From NCBI GenBank assembly GCA_963677595.1, contig OY782041.1, positions 1,408,001-1,472,000 on the forward strand: a stretch of DNA of 64,000 bases. Reading direction: 5' to 3'. This document shows, one piece after another, positions 58,052-64,000 of this stretch (position 1 is its first letter; every line of letters begins with the position of its first letter). Made by a program: the position numbers and the translations under genes. A model generated the notes under the pieces. That model saw only the letters and a list, made by a program, of their open reading frames with translations. It was not told where the DNA came from and ran no database searches. This DNA is from Spirochaetia bacterium (GTDB lineage Bacteria > Spirochaetota > Spirochaetia > CAKZLE01).

Positions 58052-58930
58052 CTACTGCACTGTATCAGCAGCGTCGTCCCTGCTGAAGATCCATCGGATG
58101 AACGCGATGATGGCACCGCCGAAGATGATCAGGACAGACCCGATCGCGTTCGCCTCGCCGTATTTCAACGCCCCGAGGTCCCTGAAGAGCATGATCCCCA
58201 AAACAGAGGTGGAATGTGCCGGCCCGCCGTTGGTCATCAGGTAGGTTGACTCGAAGTGCCTCATCCCGTAGGCGAGTGCCAGGGTACTTGTCGTGACCAG
58301 GATCCCCTTGAGCATCGGGATCGTGATGTGCCGTTCCTGCTGGAAGATGTTGGCCCCGTCGATCTCCGCCGCCTCATAGAAGGTCTCTGAGATGCCCATC
58401 CGTGAGGCGAGGATGACGATCATGAAATAACCGATATAGAAGAGCTGCTGTACGATCACAGCAGGGAATGCCGTATTCATGTCACCGAGCCAGTTCCGCG
58501 TCAGCCCATCCAGGCCAACAGCTCCCAGCAGGTTGTTCAGGATGCCGAACTCCGCGTTATAGATAGCAAGCCACATCATGGCGAGGGCTACCTGCGAGAT
58601 GACGTTCGGGAGAAAATAGACCGTCCTGAACAGTTTCCATCCCTTCGGTTTCCGTGCCAGGATCATAGCCATCCCCGCAGCCAGCGGGATCTGTACGAAG
58701 CCGAGCACGAGTGCCCAGACGATGTTGTTCCTCAGAGAGAGCCTGAACGTCTCATCACTGAACAGATCGATATAGTTCTTGAAGCCGATGAACTCCATCT
58801 TCCCTATACCGTTCCATTTAGTGAAGCTCGTCGCCATGACGAATCCGAGCGGATAGACGAAATAGGCAATGAAGAGAATCAGAACGGGGAGGAGGAAGAC
58901 AAGGATCATCTTCCAGTTCTTGTTCCGCAT
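58052..58930 (-). CDS. Carbohydrate ABC transporter permease (MalF-like)
   Basis: FIGFKNY, YEAAEIDGA, MTNGGP. Confidence 0.92.
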   Translation of the reverse strand: MRNKNWKMILVFLLPVLILFIAYFVYPLGFVMATSFTKWNGIGKMEFIGFKNYIDLFSDETFRLSLRNNIVWALVLGFVQIPLAAGMAMILARKPKGWKLFRTVYFLPNVISQVALAMMWLAIYNAEFGILNNLLGAVGLDGLTRNWLGDMNTAFPAVIVQQLFYIGYFMIVILASRMGISETFYEAAEIDGANIFQQERHITIPMLKGILVTTSTLALAYGMRHFESTYLMTNGGPAHSTSVLGIMLFRDLGALKYGEANAIGSVLIIFGGAIIAFIRWIFSRDDAADTVQ

Positions 58931-59010
58931 AATACTAACCACCTTTTCGCAGAAGGCCCGGTGAAACACCAGGCCTTCATTGTTTTCTGTACGTGTTATG
59001 ATCCTGCGGA

Positions 59011-60276
59011 TCAGTCGATCTTGTCTGCGATCTGCTGGACGAACTGCTTCGGGGTAGCGTTCCCCAGAGCCATCTTGGCAAGAGCCTGACCGAACTCAGC
59101 GACCACGTCAGTGGTGAAGTTGGCCTGGAAGTGGGTGACCATGAATTCTGCGTCATTGACGGCATTCATGAACTTGCCCTGCAGTTCATCGACGTTGTCC
59201 CCTGCATCTACGGAGTACTTCACTGCGAACATCGAACCTGCATCGAAGGAGATCCTCTTCACGTTCTCAGGCTTTGTCATCCATCGCATGAACGCGATGA
59301 CTGCATCCTGCTTCCTTGGGTCATCTGTAGCACCGGCAGCAAGATTGGACTGCGGGAACCCGATCATGGCGCCAGAGTAGTTGATCCCGGGTGCGGAACC
59401 GACTTCGGTAGCGGCATAGACATCAGGCACTTCACTCTTTACCCGGCCGATGTACCAGGGACCGTTGATGAACATCGCTGACCGACCTGCGAGATAGTGG
59501 CCGCCTGCCACGCCGGCATCTCCGCCGACAGCGTCCTTGGAGGTGTTGCCGTCTGAGTACATCTTCAGGAGGATCTCAGCAGCCTGTACGAATACGGGGT
59601 CCGTGATGTCCTTCTTCCATACATCGGGTCCGCCGATCGCTGCTGCGATATGGGAGAACCAGAGCATCGATGTCCATGCGTTGGTACCGCCGGTCATCTG
59701 GCTTGTCGGGATATAGCCTGCAGCCTTGATCTTATCGCATGCTGCGAAGAACTCGTCATAGGTCTCGGGGATCTTGGAGACACCTGAAGCCTTGAGGATG
59801 TCCATGTTGTACCAGATCGGGGTCACGCCGATCTCGAACGGGATGGACTTGGTCTCACCCTTGATGGTAGCGCCGTCGATGGCACCTGCGACGAAGCTGT
59901 CTCCCCAGTCGCTGTCAAGGGCATCCGAGAAGTCCATGAGCAGGTCACCCTCATAGAATGAGAAGGATGTCGGGTCCGGGTTGAACACGAACAGGTCAGG
60001 GACGACGCCTGCTGCGATCTGTGAGTTCAGTTTGTTCCGGTATGCATCATAATCGGGGTTTGCCTCGATATCGACCTGGTATTTGCCTTCATACATGACA
60101 TTGAACTCGTCAACAAGGGCAGCAACGGTCGCAGCCTTCGAGTCCTCACCTACCCAGATGGTAGGCCACTTGAGCACGATCTCTCCGGTCCCTTCCTGCT
60201 GTCCACCTGCCCAGGCCATTGCCGGCATCAGGAACAATACAAGAGCCATCACAAATAAGATTCGTTTAGTCCTCAT
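59011..60276 (-). CDS. Carbohydrate ABC substrate-binding protein (probably SQ or SQ-glycosides)
   Basis: Signal peptide ending AWAGGQQE, IWYNMDIL, MFINGPW, TGGTNAWTSMLW; cluster context. Confidence 0.88.
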   Translation of the reverse strand: MRTKRILFVMALVLFLMPAMAWAGGQQEGTGEIVLKWPTIWVGEDSKAATVAALVDEFNVMYEGKYQVDIEANPDYDAYRNKLNSQIAAGVVPDLFVFNPDPTSFSFYEGDLLMDFSDALDSDWGDSFVAGAIDGATIKGETKSIPFEIGVTPIWYNMDILKASGVSKIPETYDEFFAACDKIKAAGYIPTSQMTGGTNAWTSMLWFSHIAAAIGGPDVWKKDITDPVFVQAAEILLKMYSDGNTSKDAVGGDAGVAGGHYLAGRSAMFINGPWYIGRVKSEVPDVYAATEVGSAPGINYSGAMIGFPQSNLAAGATDDPRKQDAVIAFMRWMTKPENVKRISFDAGSMFAVKYSVDAGDNVDELQGKFMNAVNDAEFMVTHFQANFTTDVVAEFGQALAKMALGNATPKQFVQQIADKID

Positions 60277-60294
60277 AGAAACTCTCCTTTATTT

Positions 60295-60315
60295 TTACTT
60301 ACACTAAGTAAGTAA
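60295..60315. promoter_or_regulatory. Cluster operator upstream of the ABC operon
   Basis: TTACTTAC-ACTAA-GTAAGTAA (perfect arms). Confidence 0.82.
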
Positions 60316-60451
60316 AACACAGTTGATACCAGTTGTCAATATTTTTCTTGGTACATAATTCTCGCCCTTCCGCTCTTTGACAACATCCCCATAGGTACAC
60401 TATACCATGAAACCAATACCATCTCTGTCAGTACTTGGTTATAAAGTCCCA

Positions 60452-61636
60452 TCACACGATCGAGAAGAACTCATCGAAGACCAGGTCACAGGCCCCGAGG
60501 CCGGCTTCCAACGCACTGTAGTCATCGGCATAGACGGAGACCTCCTTCCCCTTCGGGTTGTAGGAGTCATTCTGCAGGCACTCCCTCACCACTTCCGCGA
60601 GCACTTTCGACAGCTCCGGGAAGCGGGTGATCACCAGCAGCCCGTCGGGGGAGAGGATCCTGAAGATGTTCTGGGCACTCACTGCCAGGGCAGAGGCTTC
60701 ACGCTTGATGAGTTCCCTCACTTCCACCTCCCCGGTCTCCAGTGCCTTCTCGACCGCCTCGATCGACTCGAACCGGTAGCCCTCCGCTCGCAGGGACTCC
60801 ATGATCCCCGTCTCGGAAACATAGGTCTCCAGGCAGCCGTTGGAACCGCAGTAGCACTCCCTGCCGCCGACATCCATGATCATATGGCCGATCTCGAAGG
60901 TCGTCCTCCCCAGCACGGAAAAGAGGTTCCCCTGGGTGATGAAGGCCCCGCCAACACCCTGGCGGATGAAGAAGGTGAACAGTGCCCCGGAATCCTTCGC
61001 GACCCCTCTGCGGTAGGCGTTCATTGCCACGACCCCGGCATTGTTGGTCACGACCACCGGGATCCTGAACTCATCCTCAAGGATCTTCCCGATCGGGAAG
61101 TTCTCGAACCCCTTGATCCGTGAATAGAAGATCACCTCCCGGGTCTCGACATTGATGCGGCCCGGTGCACCGACCCCGATACCGAGGATCCTTTCGCCAG
61201 TGATCCCTGACTTCCTGATCGCCTGGCTGATCATGTCGATGATGCTTCCTATGACCAGGTCGGCATCGGCATCTTCCGGGAGCAGCAGGTCATCGGAATA
61301 GATCGGCTTCTTGGTGAAGTCCACGATGAGCACATGTGCTGACCGTGACCAGAACTCGATCCCGATCACGTAATGGGCCGCAGCATTCACCTGGTAGTAG
61401 ACCGGCTTCCTCCCCTTCCTGTCAGGGGTCTTCGCGGCATAATCCTTCACGATGCGGATCAGTCCCTTCTCCTCGAGGATGGAGAAGATACGCAGGACCG
61501 TCGGGGCCTTGAGACCGGTCATGTTCACGACCTCGGACTGGGAAAGGGCGTCACTCATCTGGATAGCCCGAAGGACGATCTTCTCGTTCTTCTCCCTGAT
61601 GTCCTCTCCCCGCAACGGCATGTTCTTCATAGTCAT
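60452..61636 (-). CDS. ROK family transcriptional repressor
   Basis: N-terminal wHTH, GRKP, GIGVGAPG, EIGH...CYCGSNGCLE. Confidence 0.92.
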   Translation of the reverse strand: MTMKNMPLRGEDIREKNEKIVLRAIQMSDALSQSEVVNMTGLKAPTVLRIFSILEEKGLIRIVKDYAAKTPDRKGRKPVYYQVNAAAHYVIGIEFWSRSAHVLIVDFTKKPIYSDDLLLPEDADADLVIGSIIDMISQAIRKSGITGERILGIGVGAPGRINVETREVIFYSRIKGFENFPIGKILEDEFRIPVVVTNNAGVVAMNAYRRGVAKDSGALFTFFIRQGVGGAFITQGNLFSVLGRTTFEIGHMIMDVGGRECYCGSNGCLETYVSETGIMESLRAEGYRFESIEAVEKALETGEVEVRELIKREASALAVSAQNIFRILSPDGLLVITRFPELSKVLAEVVRECLQNDSYNPKGKEVSVYADDYSALEAGLGACDLVFDEFFSIV

Positions 61637-61736
61637 ATGCTAACTCCTGCAGTCATAGACGGTTGCCGCCTCTTCCCGCTATTTCTCTCTTTTATACCAT
61701 TTTCTCCTTTACAAAGGAAGGATATAATGATATTTT

Positions 61737-61759
61737 TTTACTTACTTAATGTAAGTAAA
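61737..61759. promoter_or_regulatory. Cluster operator upstream of the transketolase operon
   Basis: TTTACTTAC-TTAAT-GTAAGTAAA just downstream of a TATAAT box. Confidence 0.82.
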
Positions 61760-61778
61760 TTATAGCAAGGAGTTCCTG

Positions 61779-62609
61779 ATGAATCAAGAAAAAAAGCAGG
61801 ACCTGCAGGAAAAGGCGCGACTCGTCCGTATCGAGACCCTGAAGTCGATCGGGCATCTCGGGGTCGGCCACGTCGGCGGGGCGATGTCCATCGTCGAGGT
61901 CCTGACCTATCTCTATTATTCGGAGATGAAGGTGGATCCTGAGAAACCGAGGATGGAAGACCGTGACCGTCTCGTCCTCTCCAAGGGACATGCCGGCCCG
62001 GCGCTCTACAGCGTACTGGCCATGAAGGGGTTCTTCCCGATGGAGTGGCTGCTGACCCTCAACGAGGGGGGGACCAACCTCCCGAGCCACTGTGACAGGA
62101 ACCGCACCCCGGGGATCGACATGACGACCGGTTCCCTCGGGCAGGGGCTCTCGGCAGCAGTCGGCATCGCCCTGGCTACCCGATACCAGGAACGGGGGAA
62201 CCGGGTGTTCGCTATCATCGGCGACGGCGAGTCCCAGGAGGGACAGAACTGGGAGGCGGCGATGAGTGCGGCACAGTTCAAGCTCGGCAGCCTGATCGCC
62301 TTCACTGATTATAATAAGATGCAGATAGACGGCATGACCGGCGATATCATGGACCTTGAGGGGCTGAAGGCTAAATGGGAATCATTCGGCTGGCACACCC
62401 AGCAGGTCGACGGGCATGACTTCGATGCGCTCGAGGAGGCCGTCGCCGCTGCGAAGGAGCAGGCTGACAAGCCGTCGATGATCATCCTCGACACGATCAA
62501 GGGCAGGGGCTGTTCCTTTGCCGAAGGGAAACTCGGCAGCCATAACATGCCGGTAACGGCTGAGGACCTCAAAGAGGCCCTCGCAGCGCTTGGAGAGGGA
62601 GGAAACTAG
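61779..62609 (+). CDS. sqwG: Split transketolase, N-terminal subunit (sulfofructose transketolase by context)
   Basis: GHVGG, LSKGH, TGSLGQG, ThDP motif GDGE...N. Confidence 0.85.
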   Translation: MNQEKKQDLQEKARLVRIETLKSIGHLGVGHVGGAMSIVEVLTYLYYSEMKVDPEKPRMEDRDRLVLSKGHAGPALYSVLAMKGFFPMEWLLTLNEGGTNLPSHCDRNRTPGIDMTTGSLGQGLSAAVGIALATRYQERGNRVFAIIGDGESQEGQNWEAAMSAAQFKLGSLIAFTDYNKMQIDGMTGDIMDLEGLKAKWESFGWHTQQVDGHDFDALEEAVAAAKEQADKPSMIILDTIKGRGCSFAEGKLGSHNMPVTAEDLKEALAALGEGGN

Positions 62610-62610
62610 C

Positions 62611-63549
62611 ATGGGAAAAGATATGAGACAGGTTTATACCGACACACTCATCGAGATGGCGAAGGACGATGAGAGGATCTGCGTACTCGAGGCCGACCTG
62701 ATGAATGCGACCGGGACGAGGTCGTTCCTCAACGCCTACCCCGACCGTACCTTTGATGTGGGGGTCGCCGAGGCCAACATGGTGGGAGTCGCCTCAGGGC
62801 TGTCAGCCGAGGGGATGATCCCTTTCGCAGCCTCCTTCGGGACGTTCTCCTCACGGAGAACCTTCGACCAGTTCTTCCTCTCCTCCAATTATGCGCAACT
62901 CAACGTGAAGCTCGTCGGGACCGATCCCGGAATCACTGCCCAGTACAACGGAGGGACCCACATGCCGTTCGAGGACATCGGGATGATGCGGCTCATACCG
63001 GGCCTGGTCATCGTGGAACCGTCGGACATCGTCTCCTGCGAAGCCCTGGTCAGGGCAGCGGCGGCACATGAGGGCTCGATGTACATCAGGCTCCACCGGA
63101 AGGGCTCGAATGCCCTGTATACGGATACTTCCGAGATAGAACTCGGGAAGGGCAACGTACTCGCAGACGGGACTGACGTCACGATCATCGCTTCAGGGTT
63201 CGTCATGGTGCCTGAAGCACTCAAGGCTGCCGAGCTGCTCGGGGAGCAGGGGATATCGGCGGCAGTCATCGACATGCACACGATCAAGCCGCTCGATGGT
63301 GAGCTCGTACTGGAATATGCCCGGAAGACCGGTGCGGTCGTGACCTGCGAGAACCACCAGGTCGCAGGCGGCCTCGGCGGGGCAGTCGCCGAGCTTCTCG
63401 GAGAGGAACTGCCCACCCCGATGGGCAGGATCGGCTCACAGGACCGATTCGGGCAGGTCGGTACCCAGGACTTCCTGATCAGGGAGTATGGGATGACAGC
63501 TGAGGATATCGCAAAGAAGGCTGTTGCGGTAATCAAGAAGAAGAGATAA
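62611..63549 (+). CDS. sqwH: Split transketolase, C-terminal subunit
   Basis: GVAEANM, NGGTHMPFED, HTIKPLD, ENH...GGLG. Confidence 0.85.
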   Translation: MGKDMRQVYTDTLIEMAKDDERICVLEADLMNATGTRSFLNAYPDRTFDVGVAEANMVGVASGLSAEGMIPFAASFGTFSSRRTFDQFFLSSNYAQLNVKLVGTDPGITAQYNGGTHMPFEDIGMMRLIPGLVIVEPSDIVSCEALVRAAAAHEGSMYIRLHRKGSNALYTDTSEIELGKGNVLADGTDVTIIASGFVMVPEALKAAELLGEQGISAAVIDMHTIKPLDGELVLEYARKTGAVVTCENHQVAGGLGGAVAELLGEELPTPMGRIGSQDRFGQVGTQDFLIREYGMTAEDIAKKAVAVIKKKR

Positions 63550-63563
63550 CAGGAGAGAGAAAT

Positions 63564-64000
63564 ATGGCAGACAAGATCACATTGGCAATAGCTTCCGACC
63601 TTTCGGGGTTCCCGCTGAAGACGGCGATCGTGGAGTACCTTAACACCCGCGATGATATCGAGGTGATAGATTTCGGTATCGAGTCACCGGACGCACCGAA
63701 GCCCTACTCGGTCCAGGCACCGAAGGTTGCCCAGGCCATCCAGGACGGCAAGGCAGAGAAAGGTATCCTCATCTGCGGGACAGGACAGGGGATGGCGATC
63801 GTCGCCAACAAGCACAAGGGCATCTACGCCTGCGTCGCTGACAGCGTCTTCTCCGGGGAACGCGCAAAGATCATCAACAACGCCAACGTCCTCACCATGG
63901 GCGGATGGATCACCGCACCCTTCCTCGGCGTCCAGATCGTGGAAGGCTGGCTGAATATGGCGTTCACCCAGAAGATGGAGTTCAAGCGGGACTTCCTCAC
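63564..64000 (+). CDS. sqwI: RpiB/LacAB-family isomerase (SqwI-type), truncated by the window edge
   Basis: Manual translation MADKITLAIASDLSGFPLK...GILICGTGQGMAIVANK...KIINNANVL; not in the ORF track. Confidence 0.8.
   Translation, partial: MADKITLAIASDLSGFPLKTAIVEYLNTRDDIEVIDFGIESPDAPKPYSVQAPKVAQAIQDGKAEKGILICGTGQGMAIVANKHKGIYACVADSVFSGERAKIINNANVLTMGGWITAPFLGVQIVEGWLNMAFTQKMEFKRDFL

Noticed and set aside
61779-64000. Ordinary pentose-phosphate tkt/rpiB
   Set aside because: The shared operator with SQ genes and the altered RpiB residues favour sulfo-TK enzymes.
1-64000. CRISPR array, tRNA/rRNA, IS element or prophage
   Set aside because: No spaced direct repeats, cloverleaf signatures, transposase, integrase or phage genes were recognised by eye.

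Overview
GC-rich bacterial chromosome window; gene content and signal-peptide style suggest an anaerobic free-living spirochaete (Sphaerochaeta/Spirochaetales-like, inferred). The left 35 kb mixes housekeeping genes (proS, hppA, rph, add, polyprenyl synthase, rlmE, pncA, carAB, htpG) with accessory genes: Fic, a vWA lipoprotein, two AAA/DUF4143 ATPase-nucleases, an orphan GNAT-histidine kinase divergent from acr3, GH38 and an orphan RHH antitoxin. The right 29 kb is an organosulfur region. It holds a LysR-sulfatase-TTT transporter unit and a complete sulfoquinovose catabolic cluster of the sulfoglycolytic transketolase, sulfoacetate-forming type, with a ROK regulator and a four-copy palindromic operator. 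Main observations: (1) an unexplained three-gene cassette (altered NagB-like, amidohydrolase, GH188-like Gfo/Idh/MocA) with a structured leader, nested in the sulfoglycolysis cluster; (2) a candidate sigma54-dependent small RNA with anti-Shine-Dalgarno motifs; (3) many apparently leaderless genes; (4) related operator palindromes at both DUF4143 genes. I recognised no rRNA, tRNA, CRISPR array or transposase. All family assignments are from motif recognition, not database searches.
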